Under the pieces are notes generated by a model that saw only the letters and a list, made by a program, of their open reading frames with translations, did no database searches and was not told the origin of the DNA. From Opitutaceae bacterium (GTDB lineage: Bacteria; Verrucomicrobiota; Verrucomicrobiia; Opitutales; Opitutaceae), in assembly GCA_035648795.1 (NCBI GenBank), contig DASRKV010000032.1:1-39570 (forward strand): a stretch of DNA of 39,570 bases, in the 5' to 3' direction. A program made the translations under genes and the position numbers. This document shows positions 7,553 to 16,141 of this stretch, one piece after another. Within the stretch, counting starts at the first letter, position 1; each line of letters opens with the position of its first letter.

Positions 7553-7707
7553 CAGCGCCATCTCCTGACTGTCAGTGGATTGCGAGGCAGTTCGAAAGTG
7601 GCACGGGCAGCCTGTCCGCCGTAGGCTTGGCGAAGGCTGGATCTCGCGCGTGGTCTTGGAGAACCCCGGGCATGGGCCAGAGGCGGCCCTGCCACCCTGC
7701 CCAATCG

Positions 7708-9693
7708 CTACGCGTCCAGCGCGACGGGCGCGGCGCTGGAGTGGCGGCACCGCGCCTTCACCCGACCGTAAATGTCCTCGAAGGACAGACCACAGGAGGC
7801 GCGGAGATCATCCACGCTGCTGCCATGTTCGACGAATCGATCAGGCCAGCCGATGCGCTCGACTGCCACCGGGCAGTCCGCTTCCTGAAGCGCCTCGAGC
7901 ACGGCGCTGCCAAAGCCGCCGGCGAGCACATGGTCTTCCATCGTGACCAGCAGGGGAATGCAGGCTGCCTGGCTGAGGAGGAGCGTGCGGTCGAGCGGTT
8001 TGACGAAACGCGCATTGACGACGCCGCACGACAACCCCTCTTCCCGGGCAAGCTTCTCGGCGATCTTGAGCGCTTCCCGCACCATGGGGCCGAGCGCCCA
8101 GATCATCAGATTCGAGCCGGGCCGCAGGATTTCCGCCTGACCGATGGGCACGGCGGATGGCTCCGTCTTCACCGGAACGCCGCAGGCCGCCCCGCGCGGG
8201 TAGCGGATGAACGCGGGTCCGTGGTGCTGCAGGCTGGTGTGCAACAAATCGACGAGTTCGTCCTCGTCCTTCGGTTGCATGACGACCGCGTTGGGCACGC
8301 AGCGGAGGTAGGCGAAATCGAACAGGCCGTGATGCGTGGGCCCGTCGTTCGGGGAAAGCCCGGCGCGATCGAGGCAGAATACCACCGGCAGGTTTTGCAG
8401 GCAGACGTCGTGGATGATGGGATCGTACGCGCGCTGGAGAAAGGTCGAATAGATGGCGCACACCGGCTTGAGACCCTTGACGGCCATGCCCGCGGCGAAA
8501 AGCACGGCGTGTTCTTCCGCGATCCCGACGTCGAAAAACTGCCGCGGACATTCAGCGGCGAGAGCGGAGAGGCCGGTGCCACTCGGCATGGCGGCGGTGA
8601 TGCCGACGATCCGCAGGTCGGCCTTGGCGAAGCGCACGAGCGCCTGGCCGAAGATATCCTGATAATTGGGCGGCGTGCCGGCGGCGGGCTTCCGGCTTTC
8701 GCCCGTCACCGGATCGAACGATCCCAGGCCGTGGAATCTTTCGGGGGCCTTTAGCGCCGCCTCGAGTCCGAGTCCTTTTTTGGTCAGGACGTGCAGCAGG
8801 ATCGGTTCATCGCTGTTTTTTGCGAACTCGAGGTTCTTGATCAGCTCGTCGATGTTGTGGCCGTCAATGGGCCCGAGGTAGCGCAGACCGAATTTCTCGA
8901 ACAGGCTGGACTCGACAAAAAAGTCCTTCGTTTCGCGTTTCCATTTCACCCACAGGTGGTGCATTTCCGGCCCATGCGGCAGTCCGGTGAAGAACTTCTC
9001 CAGGTCGTGGTGGATCTTGTTGTAGGCGGGACTGGTGCTGAGGCGATTGAGATACTTTGCCATCGCCCCGACGTTCCGGGCGATCGACCACTCGTTGTCG
9101 TTAAGGATGACGATCAGGCGCCGGGTGCAGGCGACGACGTTGTTCAGCGCCTCCAGCGTGATGCCGCAGGTGAACGCGGCGTCGCCGCAAATGGCGATCA
9201 CGTGCTCGTGCGAGCCGCGGAGGTCCCGCGCCGTGGCCATCCCCAACGCGGCGGACAGGGCGGTCCCGGCATGGCCGGCGCCATAGCTGTCGTGCGGACT
9301 CTCCGCGCGGCTAAGGAAACCGCTCGCGCCGCCGGAGCGCCGCAACTGGCGGAAGGTCTCGCCCTTGCGGCCGGTCAGAAGCTTGTGCGCGTAGCCTTGA
9401 TGCGAGACATCGAACACGAACTGGTCCTCGGGCGTGGTGAAAACCCGATGCAGCGCGATCGTGAGCTCCACGACGCCCAGGTTGGGCGCGACATGGCCGC
9501 CGTTGAGGGACGTCACGGCGACGATCTCATCGCGCAGCTCCGCGGCCAGACGCGGCAACTGATCCGCCGGGAGGACCTTCACGTCGGTCGGCCCGCGAAT
9601 TTGATCCAGCAGCCGCGAGACCGGCGGCAAGGCGGCGGATGGCGAAGAAGAGGAGGAATTCATCCCAGATTCGGAAAACATGTCGCGGGGCAT
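7708..9693 (-). CDS. dxs: 1-deoxy-D-xylulose-5-phosphate synthase
   Basis: 661 aa. Diagnostic blocks: GGHVAPNLGVVELTIALHRVF, FDVSHQGYAHKLLTGR, ICGDAAFTCGITLEALNN (ThDP site), and a transketolase-like C-terminus. Alternative in-frame starts at 9681 and 9663. Confidence 0.95.
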   Translation of the reverse strand: MPRDMFSESGMNSSSSSPSAALPPVSRLLDQIRGPTDVKVLPADQLPRLAAELRDEIVAVTSLNGGHVAPNLGVVELTIALHRVFTTPEDQFVFDVSHQGYAHKLLTGRKGETFRQLRRSGGASGFLSRAESPHDSYGAGHAGTALSAALGMATARDLRGSHEHVIAICGDAAFTCGITLEALNNVVACTRRLIVILNDNEWSIARNVGAMAKYLNRLSTSPAYNKIHHDLEKFFTGLPHGPEMHHLWVKWKRETKDFFVESSLFEKFGLRYLGPIDGHNIDELIKNLEFAKNSDEPILLHVLTKKGLGLEAALKAPERFHGLGSFDPVTGESRKPAAGTPPNYQDIFGQALVRFAKADLRIVGITAAMPSGTGLSALAAECPRQFFDVGIAEEHAVLFAAGMAVKGLKPVCAIYSTFLQRAYDPIIHDVCLQNLPVVFCLDRAGLSPNDGPTHHGLFDFAYLRCVPNAVVMQPKDEDELVDLLHTSLQHHGPAFIRYPRGAACGVPVKTEPSAVPIGQAEILRPGSNLMIWALGPMVREALKIAEKLAREEGLSCGVVNARFVKPLDRTLLLSQAACIPLLVTMEDHVLAGGFGSAVLEALQEADCPVAVERIGWPDRFVEHGSSVDDLRASCGLSFEDIYGRVKARCRHSSAAPVALDA

Positions 9694-9698
9694 TCCGG

Positions 9699-9947
9699 TC
9701 AGCCACCGCGTTCCGCTTCAAACGGGACGACGGCCACGCCATCTTTCTGCTTTTTGAGTTGCTCAATCTTGATCTCGGCGTCCTTCAACCGGGATTCGCA
9801 TAACTTGAGCAACTTGTTGCCTTCTTCAAACTTGGCGAGCAACTCGGCCAACGGCACATCCCCGGATTCCATCGACTCAACGATGGATTCGAGTTTGGCG
9901 AGCGCCGCTTCGAAAGTGAGCTTGGCGGTCTTGTCGTCGGCTTCCAC
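9699..9947 (-). CDS. xseB: Exodeoxyribonuclease VII small subunit
   Basis: 82 aa. TFEAALAKLESIVESMESGDVPLAELLAKFEEGNKLLKLCESRLKDAEIKIEQL is the canonical XseB helical hairpin. Its stop lies 5 nt upstream of the dxs start (operon). Confidence 0.9.
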   Translation of the reverse strand: MEADDKTAKLTFEAALAKLESIVESMESGDVPLAELLAKFEEGNKLLKLCESRLKDAEIKIEQLKKQKDGVAVVPFEAERGG

Positions 9948-10016
9948 GCTGCGACATCATGCGTTCCAACGCCGGGATTTCAATTCTTTCCCTTCGACGC
10001 AATTGATGCAGTCGGT

Positions 10017-10096
10017 TGTAGGGCGGGGTCGCCGTACCCCGCCGGGGAATTCGAAATGCGCGGGACGACGGCGCGGTTCGGCGACCGCGCCCTACA
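10017..10096. repeat. Family-1 palindromic (REP/MITE-like) element, intergenic copy
   Basis: TGTAGGGCGGGGTCGCCGTACCCCGCC-(26 nt)-GGCGCGGTTCGGCGACCGCGCCCTACA. The 18-nt terminal inverted repeats have one mismatch. It lies in the divergent xseB / M48-protease intergenic region. Confidence 0.75.
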
Positions 10097-10192
10097 ACTA
10101 CCGAGATTGCAGCCATGCAGGACGGCCTCGCCGCTGCCGGCAGGGTGAAATTTTGGCTTCGCCCGAGGCGGGAAAGCCGCTGAAGTAAAGCC

Positions 10193-11431
10193 ATGGTGCT
10201 TACGATCGTGGCGCTTCTGATCGGCGCGCGGCTGGCCGCCCAGCTCGGGCTCAACGCGCTGAATGCCTCCGCCGTGCGCCGCGGCTCACGCGAACCGCCC
10301 CCCGCGGTCGCCGCCGTCATGGATGGTCCGACCTACGCCAGGGCCGTGGCCTACACCCGGGCGAAGCTCCGGCTCGGTTCGATCGAGGAGGTCGGGGAGG
10401 CGGCGGTGCTCGCCGCCGTGATCTTCAGCGGCGCCCTGCCGGGACTGTATGCGCTCTTCCACGAGTGGATGCCGCAGGCGGCGTGGAGCGGCGCCTGCTA
10501 TTTGCTCGCGACCGGTGCGCTGCTCAGCGTGCCCAGCCTTCCGTTTGATTGGTGGAGCCAGTTCCACCTGGAGGCCAGGTTCGGCTTCAACCAGGGCGGG
10601 TTCCGGCTCTGGCTGATGGACAAGGCCAAGGGACTGGTGCTCATGCTGGGGATCGGATTTCCCGTCTTGTGGGGCCTGCTCGGGCTGGTGCGCCGGACCG
10701 GCGGGACGTGGTGGCTCTGGGGCTTCGCGCTCCTCTTCGGATTCCAGCTAGTGATGATGGTGCTCTACCCGAAGCTTATCCTGCCGTGGTTCAACAAACT
10801 CACGCCGCTGGCCGATGGAGACCTGCGCACGCAGTTGCTCGCGCTGGCCGACCGCACCGGTTTCCGCGCGCGGACCATTCAAATCATGGACGGCAGCAAA
10901 CGCTCGGCCCACTCCAATGCCTTCTTCACCGGATTCGGGCGGTTCCGCCGCATCGTGCTCTACGATACGCTCGTGGCCCAGCTCACGCCCGGGGAGCTGG
11001 CGGCGGTGCTGGCCCATGAGATCGGGCATTACAAGCGCGGCCATGTCCCGCAGATGCTCGCCCTGGCAGCCGGGCTCCAATTCGGCGGCTTTGCGCTGGT
11101 GGCCTGGCTCGCGCGCAGCGCCTGGTTCAACGCCGCCTTCGGCTTTCCGGCGGGCGACCTGGCGCCGACGTTCCTGCTGTTCGGGCTGCTCGGCGGCCTG
11201 GTGATCTTCTGGTTCTCGCCGCTGCTGAACCTCGTGTCGCGAAGACATGAATACGAAGCGGATGCCTTCGCCCGGCAGGCGGTGGGGGAGGCCGCGCCGG
11301 TCGTCAACGCCCTCCGCAAACTGGCGCAGAAGAACCTCAGCAATCTCACGCCGCATCCGCTCTACAGCGGTTTCTACTATTCCCATCCGACGGTGGCGGA
11401 GCGGGAACAGGCGCTGGCCGGGGTGGACTGA
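10193..11431 (+). CDS. M48 family zinc metalloprotease (Ste24/HtpX-like, polytopic membrane)
   Basis: 412 aa with several TM helices. HEXXH site: AAVLAHEIGHYKRGH. Downstream Ste24-type block: LVSRRHEYEADAF. C-terminal HPTVAER. Confidence 0.9.
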   Translation: MVLTIVALLIGARLAAQLGLNALNASAVRRGSREPPPAVAAVMDGPTYARAVAYTRAKLRLGSIEEVGEAAVLAAVIFSGALPGLYALFHEWMPQAAWSGACYLLATGALLSVPSLPFDWWSQFHLEARFGFNQGGFRLWLMDKAKGLVLMLGIGFPVLWGLLGLVRRTGGTWWLWGFALLFGFQLVMMVLYPKLILPWFNKLTPLADGDLRTQLLALADRTGFRARTIQIMDGSKRSAHSNAFFTGFGRFRRIVLYDTLVAQLTPGELAAVLAHEIGHYKRGHVPQMLALAAGLQFGGFALVAWLARSAWFNAAFGFPAGDLAPTFLLFGLLGGLVIFWFSPLLNLVSRRHEYEADAFARQAVGEAAPVVNALRKLAQKNLSNLTPHPLYSGFYYSHPTVAEREQALAGVD

Positions 11432-11454
11432 GCCGGCGGGCGGAAGGCGCGGCG

Positions 11455-12396
11455 ATGAGTGGGCGCGGGCAGGCATCAGTCCACCGGCTGCTGGGTGCCC
11501 TGCTGGTGGAGGCGATGGTCGCGGGGGGCGCCAGCGCCGGGTCCGTCACGGTGGCCACGTACAATGTGGAAAACTACGTCGCCGCCGATCGCCGGGTCGA
11601 CGAGGTCTACCGGCCGGCGTACCCCAAGCCGGAGGCAGCCAAGACCGCCTTGCGCGCCGTCATCCGGGCGCTCGATGCGGACGTGCTGGCCCTGCAGGAG
11701 ATGGGGCCCGACGGTTACCTTGAGGAATTGCGGCGCGATCTGCGGGCGGAGGGTCTGGACTACCCCCACGTGGCCATGGCGGAGGCCGTCGACGCCGACC
11801 GGCATGTGGCGGTGCTGTCGCGGATCCCCTTTGGTCGCGTGCAAACGCATGCCGATCTGGATTTCCGCTATTTCGGCGGCCGGGCGAAGGTCAAGCGCGG
11901 CCTGCTCGAAGTCGCCGTGACCGTCGACGGGACGGAGCTGACGTTATTCGTGGTCCATCTGCGCAGCCGTTTCACCGAACGCCCCGACGACCCCGGCGCG
12001 GCCCTCTTTCGCGCCGGCGAGGCAGCGGCGGTCCGTGACCTCGTGCTGCGTCGTTTCCCGGATCCGGCGGCCGCGCGTTTCGTGGTCTTGGGCGACTGCA
12101 ACGACACCCGGAACAGCAAACCGCTGCGGCTGCTCACCCGGCGGGGGGGCACGATGATCGCGACATTGGCGAAGGCGGCCGACCCGAACGGTGAGACCTG
12201 GACCTACTACTATCACCGGGACGACACCTACTCGCGGGTCGACTATGTCCTCGTGTCGCCGGGGCTCGCGTCCGCGGTGGCCGCGGGGGGGGCCCGGGTC
12301 TACGACGGACCGGGGGTGCGCGAAGCCAGCGACCACCGGCCGGTGGTCGTCAGGCTGGAATTGCCTAGCGGGCCGAGACGGTCACCGGAACGGTGA
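11455..12396 (+). CDS. Endonuclease/exonuclease/phosphatase (EEP) family protein, probably secreted
   Basis: Signal-like N-terminus. EEP catalytic blocks: VATYNVEN, VLALQE, VVLGDCND, SDHRPVVV. Confidence 0.85.
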   Translation: MSGRGQASVHRLLGALLVEAMVAGGASAGSVTVATYNVENYVAADRRVDEVYRPAYPKPEAAKTALRAVIRALDADVLALQEMGPDGYLEELRRDLRAEGLDYPHVAMAEAVDADRHVAVLSRIPFGRVQTHADLDFRYFGGRAKVKRGLLEVAVTVDGTELTLFVVHLRSRFTERPDDPGAALFRAGEAAAVRDLVLRRFPDPAAARFVVLGDCNDTRNSKPLRLLTRRGGTMIATLAKAADPNGETWTYYYHRDDTYSRVDYVLVSPGLASAVAAGGARVYDGPGVREASDHRPVVVRLELPSGPRRSPER

Positions 12397-13279
12397 TTTC
12401 GCCCTGGCCAAAACCCTTCAAGTACAGGGCGCCTGCGCCCGGCTTGCCGCCCTGGACGTTCACCACGACGTTGGTCGCGCCTTCGGGGACGACGACTTCC
12501 GGCATGATCACGCTCTCGGGAATATCCGTGGTGACGTCCAGCAGGAGTCCACCTTGCGGCGCGGCCGTGGGAATGGTGAACGCCACGGTCTGGCTTTCGC
12601 CGCTGCGGAGCATCAGCGAGGTGGGCGAAACGCTCGCGCCGGTCGCGTCGGCGCGGAACGTTCCGACCGACAGGGTGCTGCCGCCGCCGCTGAGGGCCAC
12701 ATTGTAGATGCGATCGGGCTCGACGGCGGGAACGAAAAAGCTGAGCGAGCTGGGAGATTCGTAAACCGTCCGCGCCGGGGCCGTGTCGAGATAGACGACA
12801 TCCTGCGGAGTGAAGCCGCGGCCGACCACGCTCACCCGCGCGCCGACCGGGCCGCGGTTGGCCTCGAGCGGCAGGGCATAGCGTCGCTCGACCTTGAAAT
12901 GATGGACCTCCGTGTACATCTCGTCTGATTTCGCCGGGGTATCCGAATTGAAACGATAGCGAACCAGGAAATAATACGCCGCGTCATCGCGCCCCGGAGG
13001 AAGCGGATAGTCGTATTCGTACACGTCGTTCGTCAGCGCGCTCTTCTTCATCGGCTGGTCCTGCCCGTCGATGATGGCCCTGACCTGCAGGCTCGAGCGG
13101 TCCAGAGTGCGCGAGGTCGGCGTCACCCGCGCCGTGATCGTGTACAGTTGCGAAGGATTCTCGCGCAACACGTCGGGCGTGAGATTGGTGATCGTGAGAT
13201 TGCAGCCCGCGAGCAGGAGCAGGGCGGTGGCGGCGGCGAAGCCGGGGAATATTCTTCTCGCTTGAGAGAGACGTGTCAT
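12365..13279 (-). CDS. Lipoprotein with IPT/TIG-like Ig-fold domain(s)
   Basis: From internal ATG 13279: MTRLSQARRIFPGFAAATALLLLAGC (signal peptide plus lipobox). IPT/TIG-like segment: RGPVGARVSVVGRGFTPQDVVYLDTAPARTVYESPSSLSFFVPAVEP. The upstream 48 codons of the listed ORF overlap hemW and were trimmed. Confidence 0.75.
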   Translation of the reverse strand: MTRLSQARRIFPGFAAATALLLLAGCNLTITNLTPDVLRENPSQLYTITARVTPTSRTLDRSSLQVRAIIDGQDQPMKKSALTNDVYEYDYPLPPGRDDAAYYFLVRYRFNSDTPAKSDEMYTEVHHFKVERRYALPLEANRGPVGARVSVVGRGFTPQDVVYLDTAPARTVYESPSSLSFFVPAVEPDRIYNVALSGGGSTLSVGTFRADATGASVSPTSLMLRSGESQTVAFTIPTAAPQGGLLLDVTTDIPESVIMPEVVVPEGATNVVVNVQGGKPGAGALYLKGFGQGEITVPVTVSAR

Positions 13280-13341
13280 GTGAGTTGGATTTCGAAAGGG
13301 AAGTCGGCAGTTGCTACGGCAGCCCAACAGCGGCTCTTGTA

Positions 13342-14511
13342 ATGCTCGAACTCGCTCCAGCGCAAGCAAAAGCTCAGGGCCCACCGCCACTGGGCCTCTA
13401 TGTCCATGTGCCTTTCTGTGCAACCACCTGTGATTATTGCGCGTTTTACCAGACCCAGCCGACAGCGGAAACCGTGCGTGGGTTCCTTGCCGGGGTTGCG
13501 CGCGAGGCCGATCTGGTGGTGTGGAACCGCCCGGCGGACACCGTCTTCTGGGGCGGCGGCACTCCCGGAATGCTGGCGCCGCGCGCCCTGACGGAGCTGG
13601 GTGAAGTCGTCTTGCGCCAGGGTGGCGGCCGTCCGGGGGAGTGGAGTGTCGAGATGGCGCCTGCCTCGGTCACGCCGCAACGATTGGCGGCGTTGAAAGA
13701 CCTGGGGGTGACCCGTATTTCGATGGGCGTGCAGAGCTTCCAACCGGCATTGCTGGAGGCCTTGGGCCGCCAGCACACCCGGCAGCAGGCGTTGCGGGCC
13801 TATGCGTGGGTGCGCGCCGCGGGTTTTGCCAGCGTCAACTTCGACCTGATCTTCGCGATTCCGGGCCAGACCCTTGAGGCCTGGCGCGCGGACCTGGATG
13901 CGGCGATGGAATTCCAGCCCGACCACATCTCGACCTATTGCCTGACCTTTGAGGAGGACACCGCGCTCTTCGTGAAGCTCTCGCAGGGTCGCGTGCGCCT
14001 CGACGTGGAAAAGGAGGCGGCGTTCTACACCGAGGCCTGGGAGCGGCTCGAAGCGGCGGGTTATGCGCAGTATGAAATCTCGAATTTCGCGCGCGCCGGC
14101 CACCAATGCCGCCACAATCTGAACACCTGGCGCATGGCGGAATGGGTCGGGCTCGGGCCGTCGGCGGCTTCGCAATACGCCGGCTGGCGGAGTTCCAACG
14201 TGGCCGACCTGGCGCAGTGGCGGACGGACCTCGCGGCGGGCCGCCGGGCGCTGACAGAACCGGTGGCATTGACGCCGCGAATCCTGGCCGAGGACAGCCT
14301 GATCTTCGGCCTGCGCATGAACGAAGGCGTGGCGCTGCCGGCGCTGCGGACGCGGTTTCCCGAGGCGCCCTGGGAGAAAGTCGACGCCCTGGCGGAACGG
14401 TTGGTGCAAGAAGGATTTGCGGTAATCGAGGGCGGCGGGCTGCGGCTCACGTTGCGGGGACGCCTCGTGGCGGACGCGGTGGGCGGCCAGATCATGGACG
14501 CGTTCGATTAG
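13342..14511 (+). CDS. hemW: Radical SAM haem chaperone HemW (HemN-like, oxygen-independent coproporphyrinogen oxidase family)
   Basis: LGLYVHVPFCATTCDYCAFY (CxxxCxxC radical SAM cluster), GGGTPGML, and the HemN C-terminal domain. Start taken at ATG 13342 (MLELAPAQ...) rather than 13273. Confidence 0.9.
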   Translation: MLELAPAQAKAQGPPPLGLYVHVPFCATTCDYCAFYQTQPTAETVRGFLAGVAREADLVVWNRPADTVFWGGGTPGMLAPRALTELGEVVLRQGGGRPGEWSVEMAPASVTPQRLAALKDLGVTRISMGVQSFQPALLEALGRQHTRQQALRAYAWVRAAGFASVNFDLIFAIPGQTLEAWRADLDAAMEFQPDHISTYCLTFEEDTALFVKLSQGRVRLDVEKEAAFYTEAWERLEAAGYAQYEISNFARAGHQCRHNLNTWRMAEWVGLGPSAASQYAGWRSSNVADLAQWRTDLAAGRRALTEPVALTPRILAEDSLIFGLRMNEGVALPALRTRFPEAPWEKVDALAERLVQEGFAVIEGGGLRLTLRGRLVADAVGGQIMDAFD

Positions 14512-14534
14512 CGGCGAAGGCGCCTCGGGTGCTC

Positions 14535-14598
14535 GTAGCCGCGAGCGCCAGCGAGCGGATTTGGGATTGGCTGTTCACTCGCTGGCGCTCGCGGCTAC
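14535..14598. repeat. Family-2 palindromic element (perfect 21-bp arms)
   Basis: GTAGCCGCGAGCGCCAGCGAG CGGATTTGGGATTGGCTGTTCA CTCGCTGGCGCTCGCGGCTAC. It shares a 33-nt unit (ATCCCAAATCCGCTCGCTGGCGCTCGC[C/G]GCTAC) with 17992..18045. Conceptual translations contain SASERIWD. Confidence 0.7.
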
Positions 14599-14667
14599 TC
14601 CCCAAGACTTCTTGCGGTCGATCGCAGAACGCCTTCTGCGGTTTGAACTACATCTTCACGCTTGAGC

Positions 14668-14777
14668 CGGAACGATTCAGTTGACCAAGGTGGAACCCGC
14701 CGTCCCGGCGGGTTTTTCGATAGCGAAGTTCAAAGCCCGCCAGGGACGGCGGGCTCCACCGTTTGGCGCCACGGCTT
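14668..14777 (+). repeat. Family-3 110-nt repeat, copy 1 (carries two opposed terminator-like hairpins)
   Basis: CGGAACGATTCAGTTGACCAAGGTGGAACCCGCCGTCCCGGCGGGTTTTTCGAT...CAAAGCCCGCCAGGGACGGCGGGCTCCACCGTTTGGCGCCACGGCTTC. About 6 mismatches versus copy 2 by eye. Confidence 0.8.
14696..14717 (+). terminator. Intrinsic terminator inside repeat copy 1
   Basis: Stem CCCGCCG / CGGCGGG with loop TCC, followed by TTTTT. It lies downstream of hemW. Confidence 0.5.
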
Positions 14778-14943
14778 CTCTGGCTTGAACATGGTCCGAC
14801 TATATCGTCCCGGTCGACAGCTTGGCCTGATCGCGACAGGCTTCCCAGTTCAAGGAAACAAAAGGCCCGGAGCCTCAACCCCCGGTCACGCGAATCGGTT
14901 TGAACATCACGGCGGCTTTCTGTCACTGACGTAGGTCAAACCC

Positions 14944-15960
14944 GTGCGCTGCATTCTCATCTTCATGCTTGCCTTGGTGGCCGCCATCGCCGCGGCGGCC
15001 CACGACCGTCTCGAAATCCTCTGGCCCACGCCGAACAAGGCCTGGGAGGAGGGACAGCCAATCAGCGCATTCATCCAACCCACCGGGTCGGGAGAGCCGC
15101 TTTCGGGTTGTTTCGGTGGTGTGCGGAGCAACGGCACCCAGTTCCACGAGGGGATTGACATCAAAGCGATGGGGCGCGATCGACACGGAGAACCGACGGA
15201 CCAGGTGTTCGCGGTGCTACCCGGCGTCGTGCGGTACGTGAGCAACCATCCTGGGAATAGCAATTACGGCCGCTACATCGTCCTCGAGCACCCCGAGGCC
15301 ACGCCCGCGGTTTACACGCTCTACGCCCATCTCGCCAGGGTGCTGCCGGGCGTCAGGGAGGGCGCCCGCGTGGAGCGCGGCCAGGCGATCGCGATCATGG
15401 GGCACACCACGAACGGCACCCCGATCCCGCGCGATCGCGCCCATCTGCATTTCGAAATCGGCGTGATGGTCACCCGCGATTTTCAGAGCTGGTACAACGG
15501 GCGGAGATTCGGGAGCCCCAATGAGCACGGCTTGTGGAACGGCTTCAATCTGATGGGATTCGATCCCCTCGATTTCTTCAATAAATGGCGCGGGCACGAG
15601 GTGGACAATTTTCAGGACTATTTCGAGCAGATGAAGGCCCAGGTGACGTTGCGCATCGTGACGCGCAAGGTGCCGGATTTCATTCTCCGCTATCCCAGCC
15701 TGCTTCGTGCGCCGCTGCCGGCGGGTCCCATCGGCGGGTGGGAGATCCAATGCGATTGGACTGGTCTGCCGTTCTCCTGGCGTCCCCTCACTCCGATGGA
15801 AGTCCTGGGTCAACCGATCAATCAGGTGACGATCCTGCGCGTGGACCAGGTCTCGGTGGCGCAGCACCGCGCCAAGGCCCTCGTGCAACGGCGCGGTTCG
15901 GAGCATATCCCCGTCCGCGACCTCGAGACCGTCCTGCAGCAGATTTTCGGGGTGCTCTGA
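14944..15960 (+). CDS. M23 family metallopeptidase (peptidoglycan DD-endopeptidase-like), secreted
   Basis: GTG start. Signal-like MRCILIFMLALVAAIAAAA. M23 zinc ligand motifs HEGIDI (HxxxD) and RAHLHFEI (HxH). GQAIAIMG block. Confidence 0.9.
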   Translation: MRCILIFMLALVAAIAAAAHDRLEILWPTPNKAWEEGQPISAFIQPTGSGEPLSGCFGGVRSNGTQFHEGIDIKAMGRDRHGEPTDQVFAVLPGVVRYVSNHPGNSNYGRYIVLEHPEATPAVYTLYAHLARVLPGVREGARVERGQAIAIMGHTTNGTPIPRDRAHLHFEIGVMVTRDFQSWYNGRRFGSPNEHGLWNGFNLMGFDPLDFFNKWRGHEVDNFQDYFEQMKAQVTLRIVTRKVPDFILRYPSLLRAPLPAGPIGGWEIQCDWTGLPFSWRPLTPMEVLGQPINQVTILRVDQVSVAQHRAKALVQRRGSEHIPVRDLETVLQQIFGVL

Positions 15961-15994
15961 ACGGGGACGGTCAATTCCCGCCGGCCGCCTCAGG

Positions 15995-16104
15995 CGGAAC
16001 GATTCAGTTGACCAAGGTGGAACTCGCCGTCCCGGCGGGTTTTTCGATGACGAAATTCAAAGCCCGCCAGGGACGGCGGGCTCCACCGTCTGGCGCCGCG
16101 GCTT
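15995..16104 (+). repeat. Family-3 110-nt repeat, copy 2
   Basis: Same orientation and near-identical to 14668..14777. It sits between the convergent M23 peptidase and lipA genes. Confidence 0.8.
16023..16044 (+). terminator. Intrinsic terminator inside repeat copy 2
   Basis: Stem C(T)CGCCG / CGGCGGG followed by TTTTT. The second hairpin of the repeat (GCCCGCC AGGGAC GGCGGGC, preceded by TTCAAA) could act for the minus-strand lipA. Confidence 0.5.
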
Positions 16105-16141
16105 CATCAAGAAAACCGTAGTCCGGCTGCATGAGTCCCGC

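Noticed and set aside
7627-10188. + ORFs 7627..8754 (375 aa) and 8791..10188 (465 aa)
   Set aside because: Both are antisense to dxs and xseB, with Arg/Gly/Asp-rich low-information sequence. The second also reads through the family-1 repeat.
13276-14409. Minus ORF of 377 aa
   Set aside because: It is antisense to hemW, which has unambiguous radical-SAM motifs.
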